This document shows, one piece after another, positions 28,072 through 37,241 of a stretch of 64,000 nucleotides of DNA. The translations under genes were made by a program, and so were the position numbers. Position 1 is the stretch's first letter. Each line of letters begins with the position of its first letter. The stretch is from contig JAFWXO010000013.1 of assembly GCA_017545865.1 (NCBI GenBank), positions 8,848 through 72,847 of the forward strand, read 5' to 3'. The DNA is from Clostridia bacterium (GTDB lineage: Bacteria > Bacillota > Clostridia > Christensenellales > Borkfalkiaceae). Below the pieces are notes generated by a model. That model was not told the origin of the DNA. It did not search any database and saw only the letters and a program-made list of their open reading frames with translations.

Positions 28072-28932
28072 ATGATTAGGAGTGTTATGCAAGCAGGGTT
28101 TGGCAACCAGTTGTTTCAATACGCAACGGCTTATGCTTTATCGAAAGAGTTAGGGCAAGACTTGGTGTTGGACGTTAGTTGGTTTGAGTATATTAAAAAA
28201 AGCCAAAATGCAACTTTGCGCGAAAACAATTTAAACAAACTTTCTTTAGACGCTCCAAATTTTGTTGGTAAAGCAAAAAACTTTTCATCGTATAGGTTTA
28301 GAGTTAAGTTTGGTTTTCCCAAAAAAATTCGAATAGACGGAAAGGCTTATCCGTTTATTTGTGAAAACGTTAACGCGTGCCGTGAAGACCAGTCTAAGTT
28401 GTTTGAAAATATAGGCGATAAAGGCGCTGTTTTATACGGATTTTGGCAAAATTTAAATTATTTTGATAAGTATTTGCTTGATTTAAAAAGGCAGTTTACG
28501 CCTAATTACGAGCTTGATAAAGAGTGCGTTAATTTGTTAAACCAAATGCAAAATGAAAACAGCGTTGGCGTACATATTCGTAGAGGAGATTTCGTTTCAC
28601 TCGGTTGGGATAAAGGTCAAGAATATTACGATAAGGGGTTAGAGTGGTTTAAAAATCAACTTTGCGATTGTAAATTCTTTATCGTATCAGATGACGTTCA
28701 GTGGGTTAAAGAACGTTACGGAAAGAGAGAAGACGTTGTTGTGATTGACGTTAACACGCCAACGAAAGATATTGACGAGTTTTATTTGTTGGCTAGTTGC
28801 AAGCATCAATTTATTTCAGAAAGCACGTTTGGTTGGTGGGCGGCATACTTAAACACAAACCCGAATAAGAAAGTGCTTGCTCCTAAAGACGCAAAAGGAA
28901 ACATTTTTGATTTAGGTTGGGAAAAACTTTAA
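28072..28932 (+). CDS. GT11 alpha-1,2-fucosyltransferase-like glycosyltransferase
   Basis: Starts MIRSVMQAGFGNQLFQYA. GT11 motifs HIRRGDF and ISESTFGWWAAYL are present. ATG 28072 follows the upstream stop; the ORF-track start 28009 overlaps the previous gene. Confidence 0.82.
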   Translation: MIRSVMQAGFGNQLFQYATAYALSKELGQDLVLDVSWFEYIKKSQNATLRENNLNKLSLDAPNFVGKAKNFSSYRFRVKFGFPKKIRIDGKAYPFICENVNACREDQSKLFENIGDKGAVLYGFWQNLNYFDKYLLDLKRQFTPNYELDKECVNLLNQMQNENSVGVHIRRGDFVSLGWDKGQEYYDKGLEWFKNQLCDCKFFIVSDDVQWVKERYGKREDVVVIDVNTPTKDIDEFYLLASCKHQFISESTFGWWAAYLNTNPNKKVLAPKDAKGNIFDLGWEKL

Positions 28933-28946
28933 AAGGAGAAAACGTT

Positions 28947-29753
28947 ATGGAAATTCCTAAGGTGATACATTATTGTTGGTTTGGGCGCAATCCGTTGCCG
29001 GAACTGGCAAAAAAATGTATTGAAAGTTGGAAAAAGTTTTTTCCTGATTATGAGATAAAAGAGTGGAACGAAGATAATTACGACGTTAATAAGATTGCTT
29101 ACACCAAAGAAGCTTACGAAGCAAAAAAATACGCCTTTGTGAGCGATTACGCTCGGTTTGATATCTTGTATCAATACGGTGGAATTTATTTTGATACTGA
29201 CGTTGAAGTTATCAAGCCTTTTGACGACATTTTAAAAAACGGCCCGTTTATGGGCTTGGAAAGAAACGGAACGGAAAGCGAAAACGCAAAAATTGCAGTT
29301 GCTCCAGGACTTGGAATTTCGGCAACTCCAAACATGCCTATATACAAAGAGATATTAGATGATTATCAAAGTTCTCATTTTTGTGTTGACGGCAATTATA
29401 GCGCGGTAAAAACCGTGGTGGTTTTTACAACTGAACCGTTACTTGCCAAAGGCTTAAAAAATAGCAACGAAGTTCAAGAAGTTGCAGGGCTTAAAATATA
29501 TCCAAAAGAATATTTTGCCCCAAAATGTGTAGATACGAAAAAGTTAACCATTACGAAAAATACTTATTCTATTCACCATTACGATGCGTCTTGGGCGGAG
29601 TGGTATGATAAGCGCGAAGGTGAGCGCGGTCCAAAACTTAGAAAAATTTTTGGTAAATGGTTAGGCGGTAAAATAAATTTAGTTATTTACGTAATTCAAA
29701 AATACGGTTTCTTTGGCGCAATAAAAAAGTGTTTTAAAAGAAGAAAAAAATAA
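28947..29753 (+). CDS. GT32-like glycosyltransferase (DXD sugar-binding motif family)
   Basis: Starts MEIPKVIHYCWFG, with DYARFDILYQYGGIYFDTDVEV (DXD). AAGGAG at 28933-28938 precedes ATG 28947. Confidence 0.78.
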   Translation: MEIPKVIHYCWFGRNPLPELAKKCIESWKKFFPDYEIKEWNEDNYDVNKIAYTKEAYEAKKYAFVSDYARFDILYQYGGIYFDTDVEVIKPFDDILKNGPFMGLERNGTESENAKIAVAPGLGISATPNMPIYKEILDDYQSSHFCVDGNYSAVKTVVVFTTEPLLAKGLKNSNEVQEVAGLKIYPKEYFAPKCVDTKKLTITKNTYSIHHYDASWAEWYDKREGERGPKLRKIFGKWLGGKINLVIYVIQKYGFFGAIKKCFKRRKK

Positions 29754-29767
29754 GGTGACGGCTGTTT

Positions 29768-30919
29768 ATGAAGATAGGCATTACTACTTTATATCACAAT
29801 AGTTTAAATTTCGGCGGTGTTTTGCAAGCATACGCTTTATGTGAAGTGTTAAAACAACAAGGTTACGACGCTGAGCAAATTTTGATTAAAAGGGTAAATA
29901 CTGCTGTTCCGCGTAAGCCGTCTTGGTATGAATATTTTAATTTAGCAAAGATTTTTAGAAAAATAAGAAGTATATTATCGGCAAAGTCTAACGCGAAAAA
30001 TAACTCAAAAATTTCAAATATCGTTGAAACGCGAAAACAAGCGTTTAAAAGTTTTTCTTCTTTAGTTCCGCATAGTGACGTTTATTTGCAAACGGAACTT
30101 AATAAATGCATTGAAAAATACGATGCGTTTATTACGGGTAGCGATCAAGTATGGGGTTGTGGAGAAATTGATTCACCTTATTTTTTAGGCTTTGTTCCGT
30201 CTAATAAGAAAAAAATATCTTATGCTGCGAGCATTGGTAAAATGGCGGTTGATTTAAGATTGCAAGAAGTTTTTGAAAGTGAACTCGATAAGTTTGATGC
30301 TATTTCCGTTCGTGAGCAAAATGCCGTTAAACTTTTAAAACCATACACCAAAAATGAAGTTGAGTGGTGTTTAGATCCTACGCTTTTATTAAATAGGAGC
30401 GATTGGGAAAAAGTTGCATCTCAAAGAAAGATAGATGAAGATTATATGCTTTGCTATTTTTTAGGTAACGATAAGTCGCATAGAAAAATAGCAACTGAGT
30501 ATGCAAAAAAGCACGGTTTAAAAATAGTAACTTTTCCGCATTATCCTAACGTTTATCATAAGGCGGATAACGGGTTTGGGGATATTTGCTTAACAGATGC
30601 AAATCCTCAAGATTTTTTATCTCTTATTAAAAATGCGAGCGTAGTGTTTACGGATAGTTTTCATGCGTCGGTATTCTCGTGGCATTTTGAAAAGCAGTTT
30701 TTCACCTTTGGCCGTAAACAACACAAGGGTATGGCAGGGCGTTTGTATTCGCTATTAGATTTGCTTGACATAAAAGGTAGATTTATTGAAGAAGTAAATA
30801 AAAATACACTTTTAGAGATTGAAAGCACAGACACGATTGACTATGCGAAAGATTGTGAAAAACTCACGGCTATGCGTAATTCGTCGATTGATTTTTTAAG
30901 AAAACATTTGGATGCGTAA
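29768..30919 (+). CDS. polysaccharide pyruvyl transferase family protein
   Basis: 383 aa. N-terminus MKIGITTLYHNSLNFGGVLQAYAL and ITGSDQVWG, as in the CsaB/WcaK/EpsO-type family. Confidence 0.75.
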   Translation: MKIGITTLYHNSLNFGGVLQAYALCEVLKQQGYDAEQILIKRVNTAVPRKPSWYEYFNLAKIFRKIRSILSAKSNAKNNSKISNIVETRKQAFKSFSSLVPHSDVYLQTELNKCIEKYDAFITGSDQVWGCGEIDSPYFLGFVPSNKKKISYAASIGKMAVDLRLQEVFESELDKFDAISVREQNAVKLLKPYTKNEVEWCLDPTLLLNRSDWEKVASQRKIDEDYMLCYFLGNDKSHRKIATEYAKKHGLKIVTFPHYPNVYHKADNGFGDICLTDANPQDFLSLIKNASVVFTDSFHASVFSWHFEKQFFTFGRKQHKGMAGRLYSLLDLLDIKGRFIEEVNKNTLLEIESTDTIDYAKDCEKLTAMRNSSIDFLRKHLDA

Positions 30920-30926
30920 TTAAGTT

Positions 30927-32456
30927 ATGGATAATTCAAAGCAGTTAAAATTAGGGGCGTTTTTATCATACACGCAAATGATACTAAGCATCGTTATTAG
31001 TCTTTTGTATCATCCGTTTATGATTCGCCTTTTAGGACAAAGCGAATATGGATTATACAGCACGGTAGCCTCTACAATTTCTTTACTGTCGGTTTTAAAT
31101 TTAGGTTTTAACGCGGGATATATTCGTTATTATTCAAAATATAAAAAAGCAGGCGATTATGAAAGCATTTATAAGTTAAACGGGTTGTTTTTAATAATTT
31201 TCGCAATTATAGGGGCTATATCTTTAATATGCGGAACGGTTTTGGCGTTTAATTTAAATTGGGTGTTTGACCAAGGGTTAACGGCTCAAGAATATGGAAC
31301 GGCTACGATTTTAATGCTATTATTAGGCGTTAATATGGCAATATCATTCCCAACGAGTGTCTTTTCAACGATTATTTCAGCAAATGAAAGATTTGTGTTT
31401 TTAAAATTGTTAGGCATGGTAAAAACGATAATAAGCCCTATGGTAACTTTGCCGTTACTGTTTTTAGGTTATCGCTCTATTGCTATGGTGTCCGTAACTT
31501 TAATATTATCAGTGTTAACAGATAGCGTGTATTTTATTTACGTTAAAAAAGCACTTAAGAACAAGTTTATATTTCACGGATTTGAAAAGGGTTTATTCAA
31601 AAGCTTATTTGCTTACACGGGATTTATTGCAATAAATATTATTATCGATCAAATAAATTGGAATATAGATAAATTGTTGTTAGGAAGGTATAAAGGAACT
31701 ATTGAAGTTGCCGTTTATGCAGTTGGCTTTTTTCTCTATCAATATTATTCTTTAATGTCAACTGCAATTTCAGGTGTTTTTACTCCTAGAGTTCACAATT
31801 TAATAACGGCAACGAAAGACGATTTACCGCAACAAAGGAAAGTTATCACTGAGTTGTTCGTTAAAGTTGGTAGAGTTCAATTTTTGATTTTAGGCTTGGT
31901 TGCTAGCGGAATCGTGTTCTTTGGAAAGCCTTTTATTTATTATTGGTCGGGTAATGGATATGAAAATTCGTATTACGTTGCTTTGCTTTTGATTATTCCT
32001 GCATCTATTGCCCTAACACAAAACGTAGGTTTAGAGATACAACGCGCTCAAAATAAACACAAGTTTAGAAGTTTTGCATATCTAATAATGGCGATAGTAA
32101 ATTTAGTGCTGTCTATTTTCCTTTGTCAATGGTACGGTGCAATCGGTTCGGCAATCGGCACGGCAATCTCGCTCGTTTTAGCAAACGGGTTGATTATGAA
32201 CGTATATTATCACAAAGCATGTAATTTGAACGTGCTAATATTTTGGAAAAACATCTTAAAAATGTCGCTTGGTTTAATTGTTCCTATTGCTTGTGGTGTT
32301 TTGATAGTTAAATTTATCAACTTATATTCTCTAGTTGTATTGTTTGCATTTATTTTCATATATGCAATCGTTTATTTTGTTTCTATGTGGTTTGTAGGAA
32401 TGAACGAGTATGAAAAAAATATCGTGCGGAAAGTTTTTAAGAGATTAAAAAGATAA
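30927..32456 (+). CDS. oligosaccharide flippase (Wzx, MOP superfamily)
   Basis: 509 aa, 12 or more hydrophobic segments. N-terminal pattern typical of polysaccharide biosynthesis/flippase proteins. Confidence 0.8.
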   Translation: MDNSKQLKLGAFLSYTQMILSIVISLLYHPFMIRLLGQSEYGLYSTVASTISLLSVLNLGFNAGYIRYYSKYKKAGDYESIYKLNGLFLIIFAIIGAISLICGTVLAFNLNWVFDQGLTAQEYGTATILMLLLGVNMAISFPTSVFSTIISANERFVFLKLLGMVKTIISPMVTLPLLFLGYRSIAMVSVTLILSVLTDSVYFIYVKKALKNKFIFHGFEKGLFKSLFAYTGFIAINIIIDQINWNIDKLLLGRYKGTIEVAVYAVGFFLYQYYSLMSTAISGVFTPRVHNLITATKDDLPQQRKVITELFVKVGRVQFLILGLVASGIVFFGKPFIYYWSGNGYENSYYVALLLIIPASIALTQNVGLEIQRAQNKHKFRSFAYLIMAIVNLVLSIFLCQWYGAIGSAIGTAISLVLANGLIMNVYYHKACNLNVLIFWKNILKMSLGLIVPIACGVLIVKFINLYSLVVLFAFIFIYAIVYFVSMWFVGMNEYEKNIVRKVFKRLKR

Positions 32457-33601
32457 TGATTAATATTTTGGATAAATCAAAATGTAACGGGTGTCATGCG
32501 TGTTATTCGGTGTGCCCTAAAAAATGCATTAAAATGGTTGCTGATGTAGAAGGCTTTTTATATCCGCAAGTTGATAGTAAAGAGTGTATAAATTGCGGAA
32601 AGTGTGTTAAAGTTTGCCCGATACTAAACAGTGAAAAGCCTGATTTAACACAGCCAAACGCTTACGCTATCGTAAATAAGCGTGACGACGTTCTTAAAAG
32701 AAGTTCTTCTGGTGGTGTGTTTTACGCTTTAGCAACGGCAACTATTGAAAAAAACGGCGTTGTGTTTGGCGCAACGTTTAATAAGGACGGACAAGTTGAG
32801 CACTCATTTATTGATAGCGAACATGACGTTTGGAAGATCATGGGCTCTAAATATGCTCAAAGTAAAATAGGAAGTTCATTTATACTTGCTAAAGATTTTT
32901 TAGATAATGGGCGAGAAGTGCTGTTCGTTGGTACTCCTTGTCAAATCGGAGGACTACGTGCTTTTTTAGGTAAGGAATACGAAAACTTGCTTTGTGTGGA
33001 TATAGTTTGCCACGGCGTTCCGTCTCCAAAATTATGGGATAAGTACGTTAAATATCAAGAAGATAAGCACGGCTCAAAAACCGTTCAAATATCTTTCCGT
33101 GATAAATCTACAGGCTGGCGCGCTTACTCTATGAAGTTTGAATTTGAAAACGGTAAAGTTTATCAAAAGCCACATGAAGAAGATGCTTATATGCGTTTGT
33201 TTTTAAGCAACGTGTGCTTAAGACCTTCGTGTCACGATTGCTATTTTAAAGGCGAAAAAAGGCTTTCTGATATCACTTTAGCAGACTGTTGGGGAGTTGA
33301 ACGCATTTTGGGTGAAAAAGACGATGATAAAGGCGTTTCGTTAACTCTTACTCATACAAAAAAAGGCGAAAACGCGTTACAATCGCTGTTTAACTCATGT
33401 CAAACTAGAAAGGTTGATTTAGATAAGGCAATTAAAGAAAACCCTTCTGCAATTCGGTCGACTATTCCGCATAAAGATAGAGAAGAATTTTTTGCTAATA
33501 TGGATCTCTCTATTTTAAAAAGCGCAAAAAAATACGCGCCTTATAAAATAGGCTTAAAAGAGCGTTTAGCAAGATTACTTAAAAAGATAGGTGAAAAATA
33601 A
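32456..33601 (+). CDS. FrhB/FdhB-like (coenzyme F420 hydrogenase beta-subunit family) iron-sulfur flavoprotein
   Basis: 381 aa. Two ferredoxin-type motifs (CNGCHACYSVCP; CINCGKCVKVCP) followed by an FrhB_FdhB-like body with further Cys residues (CHDCYFKG). Confidence 0.7.
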   Translation: MINILDKSKCNGCHACYSVCPKKCIKMVADVEGFLYPQVDSKECINCGKCVKVCPILNSEKPDLTQPNAYAIVNKRDDVLKRSSSGGVFYALATATIEKNGVVFGATFNKDGQVEHSFIDSEHDVWKIMGSKYAQSKIGSSFILAKDFLDNGREVLFVGTPCQIGGLRAFLGKEYENLLCVDIVCHGVPSPKLWDKYVKYQEDKHGSKTVQISFRDKSTGWRAYSMKFEFENGKVYQKPHEEDAYMRLFLSNVCLRPSCHDCYFKGEKRLSDITLADCWGVERILGEKDDDKGVSLTLTHTKKGENALQSLFNSCQTRKVDLDKAIKENPSAIRSTIPHKDREEFFANMDLSILKSAKKYAPYKIGLKERLARLLKKIGEK

Positions 33602-33620
33602 AAATATAAAGGCAAAGTTT

Positions 33621-33764
33621 ATGAAAGATCTTACCTCATTGTTTTTATCACAATCTTACCAAGATACTTGGGATGATTATAATCGTTCGTTAACTAGCGA
33701 GAGATTTATGTGCTGGGATTACGTTATTTTAACTGCTTCAAACGAAGACCAAGCGGTTCTTTTC
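33621..33764 (+). pseudogene. N-terminal fragment of the Fkp-like gene, in a different frame from the main ORF
   Basis: ATG 33621 gives MKDLTSLFLSQSYQDTWDDYNRSLTSERFMCWDYVILTASNEDQAVLF. The W-D-x-V-I-LTASNE-QA motif is the conserved start of fucokinase-family proteins. Homology continues in the other frame from 33764. Confidence 0.6.
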
Positions 33765-36616
33765 GCATGCAAATTGATGAGCGAAAAAAGGCGGGATTAT
33801 TGCCTAGTCGCACGCATTTTGCCGTTGTTCCAGACGATGGTGGTAAACGAGTTGGTAGTGGTGGAGCAACCCTTGGCGTTTTAAAATATATCGCCGAGCA
33901 TAGAGGTAGTAACGATTTTTCAAATCTTTGTATTTTAGTTATACACTCAGGTGGAGATTCAAAGCGCATTCCACAGTATTCCGCGCTTGGTAAATTATTC
34001 TCTCCCGTTCCTCACACCTTGCCAAACGGCAGACTGTCTACGTTGTTTGACGAGTTTATCGTTGCAACTTCAAGCATGCCGTCTCGCATTCGTGAAGGTA
34101 TGGTGTTGCTTTCGGGAGACGTTTTGTTGTTATTTAATCCTTTACAAGTTGATTTTAGTGGTAAAGGTGCAGCGGCAATTTCATTTAAAGAAGACGTTGA
34201 AACGGGTAAAAATCACGGCGTATATCTTATTGGTGACGACGGAAACGTTAAAAAGTTTTTGCACAAGCAATCTGTGGAATCGTTGAAAAAGCACGGTGCG
34301 GTTAACGAGAGAAACGCCGTGGATATAGATACGGGCGCAGTTGTTTTTTCAAGCGAAATGCTATCTTCGTTATATTCGCTCATATCAACAAGCGGGAAAT
34401 TTGACGGCCAAAAATTTAGCAAATTCGTTAATGAAAAGGTTAGATTATCTTTATATGGAGATTTTACTTATCCTTTAGCAAGTGATTCAACGCTTGAAGA
34501 TTTTTATGAAGAAAAGCCCGAAGGAGATTTTTCGGAAGAATTAAAAGACGCTCGCGCAAAGGTGTGGCAAGTATTGCGCCCTTACCGCATGAAATTGTTA
34601 CGTCTTGCTCCTGCTAAATTTATTCATTTTGGAACGACGAAAGAAATTCTAAAATTGATGAATTGCGATATACATTCGTATAAAGCGTTAGGTTGGAACG
34701 CTCAAATCGGCAGTAGTATCGAAGGTGATACGTCTGCATATAATAGCGTTTTATCAAATACTGCAAAAATCGGCAAAGATTGTTATTTGGAAGTAAGTTA
34801 CGTTCACTCAAACGCGAGCGTTGGCGATAACGTTTTGCTATCGTACATTGATATTGATAATAGAAATATTCCGTCAAATGTAGTATTACACGGCTTGAAA
34901 CAAAAAGACGGCAAATTCGTTGCTAGAATTTACGGCGTTAACGATAACCCTAAGGGCAGTTTAAAAGAAAATTGCACCTTTTTAACAACGACGTTATCTG
35001 AGTTTTTAAAGTTGAACGGCATACAAGAGAGTGAACTTTGGAACGATGACAATAAAACTCTTTGGACGGCAAATTTATATCCTGCTTGCGATACTATTCA
35101 AGAAGCGGTAGACTCTGCTTTAAATATTTACGCTATGGCTAACGGGCATGGTGACGTTAACTTATGGAGGGAGGCAAACAGAAAGAGCCTTTGCTCAGGG
35201 TTTAACTTTGCCGACCCTAAAGCGATTATTGATTGGGATAGGCGTATGCAAGAATTAGTTCGTATGGATGGTTTATTAAAATATATTCATATGAAAAAAC
35301 CTGCATCTAATGCACGACAAGTTTTAAAGGCAGATTCGTTAACACCTATACAAAAAGAGTGGCTTCAAAATAGGTTGAAAGAATTTGACAGCTTTGATAA
35401 AATGCGATTACATTATTATATAGGAAAAGCATTAGGCGGAGCAGAGGGCGATAAACATATCGTAGAGAGTTTTAGGTGTATACAAGAAGCAATTTTAACT
35501 CAATGTCTTGATAAATTGCAATATAACGATAGTTGTAAGATAGTAAAAAACACTCACGAAGTAAAATTGCCGTTACGCGTTAATTGGGGTGGCGGTTGGA
35601 GTGATACTCCGCCTTACTGCAATGAAAACGGAGGAACTGTTCTTAACGCGGCAATACTTTTAAATGGTGAAAAGCCCGTTTCCGTAACGTTAACCAAACT
35701 TGCGGAAAAGAAAGTCGTTTTCGATAGCCGTGATATGGACGTTCACGGAGAATTTACCGATATTGAGCAGTTGCAAGCAGTTGGAGATCCTTACGATTCG
35801 TTTGCCCTTCAAAAAGCGGCGTTATTAGCGTGTGGAATTATTCCTAAAAATGGTGGAAATCTCGATGAGATTTTAACTCGTTTAGGCGGTGGTTTTTTGA
35901 TGCAAAGCGAAGTTGTTGGAGTCCCAAAAGGCAGTGGACTGGGAACTAGCAGTATTCTATCTGCCGCGTGTGTTAAGGCAATTTTTGAATTTATGGGCAT
36001 TGAATACACTCAGTCTGACTTGTATTCGCAAGTGTTGTGTATGGAACAAATAATGTCTACCGGTGGCGGATGGCAAGACCAAGTTGGCGGTGTTGTGGAA
36101 GGCGTTAAATTCATTACGACACAAGCAGGTGTTGATCAAAAAATCGTAGTAGAGCCCGTTTCCATATCCGAACAAACGAAGAAAGAGTTAAACGACCGCT
36201 TAATATTGATTTATACTGGTCAAAGGCGTTTGGCAAGAAATTTATTGCGTGACGTCGTTGGAAGATATATCGGCAACGAAGATGGTTTTGATTACGCGAT
36301 AGAAGAAATTCAAAACGTTGCAAAACAAATGCGTGAAGCGTTAGAAAATGGCAACGTTGACGCATTTGCTCAATTACTTGAATATCACTGGAGTTTATCT
36401 CAAAAAATAGACAAAGGTAGTTCAAACACGTTAATTGAGTATATTTTTACAAGTATTGAAGATTATATTGACGGTAGATTTGTTTGTGGTGCAGGTGGCG
36501 GTGGATTCTTGCAAGCGATTTTAAAAAAGGGCGTGTCAAAAGAAATGGTGCACGAAAGATTAAAATCGGTATTCCAAGATAGTTCCGTTGACGTATGGAG
36601 TGTTACGGTACTGTAA
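33710..36616 (+). CDS. fkp: bifunctional GDP-L-fucose pyrophosphorylase / L-fucokinase (Fkp-like), main ORF
   Basis: About 950-968 aa. N-terminal region RMQIDERKKAGLLP..VVPDDGGKRVGSGGATL (fucokinase-family nucleotidyltransferase part). C-terminal GHMP kinase motifs GVPKGSGLGTSSILSAACV and GAGGGGFLQAILK. The real start is uncertain because of the frame break at 33760-33764. Confidence 0.75.
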   Translation: MLGLRYFNCFKRRPSGSFRMQIDERKKAGLLPSRTHFAVVPDDGGKRVGSGGATLGVLKYIAEHRGSNDFSNLCILVIHSGGDSKRIPQYSALGKLFSPVPHTLPNGRLSTLFDEFIVATSSMPSRIREGMVLLSGDVLLLFNPLQVDFSGKGAAAISFKEDVETGKNHGVYLIGDDGNVKKFLHKQSVESLKKHGAVNERNAVDIDTGAVVFSSEMLSSLYSLISTSGKFDGQKFSKFVNEKVRLSLYGDFTYPLASDSTLEDFYEEKPEGDFSEELKDARAKVWQVLRPYRMKLLRLAPAKFIHFGTTKEILKLMNCDIHSYKALGWNAQIGSSIEGDTSAYNSVLSNTAKIGKDCYLEVSYVHSNASVGDNVLLSYIDIDNRNIPSNVVLHGLKQKDGKFVARIYGVNDNPKGSLKENCTFLTTTLSEFLKLNGIQESELWNDDNKTLWTANLYPACDTIQEAVDSALNIYAMANGHGDVNLWREANRKSLCSGFNFADPKAIIDWDRRMQELVRMDGLLKYIHMKKPASNARQVLKADSLTPIQKEWLQNRLKEFDSFDKMRLHYYIGKALGGAEGDKHIVESFRCIQEAILTQCLDKLQYNDSCKIVKNTHEVKLPLRVNWGGGWSDTPPYCNENGGTVLNAAILLNGEKPVSVTLTKLAEKKVVFDSRDMDVHGEFTDIEQLQAVGDPYDSFALQKAALLACGIIPKNGGNLDEILTRLGGGFLMQSEVVGVPKGSGLGTSSILSAACVKAIFEFMGIEYTQSDLYSQVLCMEQIMSTGGGWQDQVGGVVEGVKFITTQAGVDQKIVVEPVSISEQTKKELNDRLILIYTGQRRLARNLLRDVVGRYIGNEDGFDYAIEEIQNVAKQMREALENGNVDAFAQLLEYHWSLSQKIDKGSSNTLIEYIFTSIEDYIDGRFVCGAGGGGFLQAILKKGVSKEMVHERLKSVFQDSSVDVWSVTVL

Positions 36617-36654
36617 ATTAAAAGTTTAGTTTTATAAAGATTGAGGTAGATAAT

Positions 36655-37197
36655 TTGAATAAGATATTTCAAAAAGACTTGTATCGCTACTACGGGGTGG
36701 AAAAAGAAACTTTTAGACAAAAACTTGCTCGTCCACCACAGATAAAATACCAACTAGTATTAAGAAAATGTCAATCTGCAAAAAATAGATTATTAAAGGC
36801 GATTTTGCGTTTAAAATTAAAGAGGCTACAAGAAAAAACTCAAATAATTATTTCTTATAAAACTCAGATAGGCGAAGGTTTTTACATAGGGCATTACGGC
36901 CGTATTATCATAAATAAAGACGTTATTATTGGGAAAAACGTCAATATCGCAACCGGTGTCACTATTGGTCAAGAAAATCGCGGAGAAAGGAAAGGAGTTC
37001 CAACTATTTCCGATAACGTTTGGATTGGAACTAACGCCGTTATCGTTGGTAAGGTAACGATTGGGACAGACGTGTTAATTGCTCCAAATAGTTTTGTAAA
37101 CTTTGACGTTCCTGATCACTCAATAGTTGTTGGAAACCCTGCAAAAATCATCCACAGAGAAAATGCGACTGAAGGATATATAGATAACAAAGTTTAA
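36655..37197 (+). CDS. hexapeptide-repeat acetyltransferase (CysE/WcaB-like, lacks a SATase N-terminal domain)
   Basis: 180 aa with left-handed beta-helix repeats (IGKNVNIATGVTIG..VWIGTNAVIVGKVTIGTDVLIAPNSFV..VVGNPAKII). TTG start with gaggtag at 36643-36649. Confidence 0.75.
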   Translation: MNKIFQKDLYRYYGVEKETFRQKLARPPQIKYQLVLRKCQSAKNRLLKAILRLKLKRLQEKTQIIISYKTQIGEGFYIGHYGRIIINKDVIIGKNVNIATGVTIGQENRGERKGVPTISDNVWIGTNAVIVGKVTIGTDVLIAPNSFVNFDVPDHSIVVGNPAKIIHRENATEGYIDNKV

Positions 37198-37241
37198 TAT
37201 TTAGTCGTTTATAAAACTTAAAAAACTAGAAGGGAAGTTAA

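Noticed and set aside
24505-33364. Homopolymer tracts inside glycan genes as phase-variation switches: T8 at 24505-24512, A7 at 28195-28201 and 28321-28327 in the fucosyltransferase, A8 near 29743, A7 near 33358-33364.
   Set aside because: Runs of 7-8 A/T are expected by chance in DNA this AT-rich, and all are currently in frame. The A7 in the GT11 gene does not form an in-frame X XXY YYZ slippery heptamer like the H. pylori futC cassette. Population sequencing would be needed to say more.
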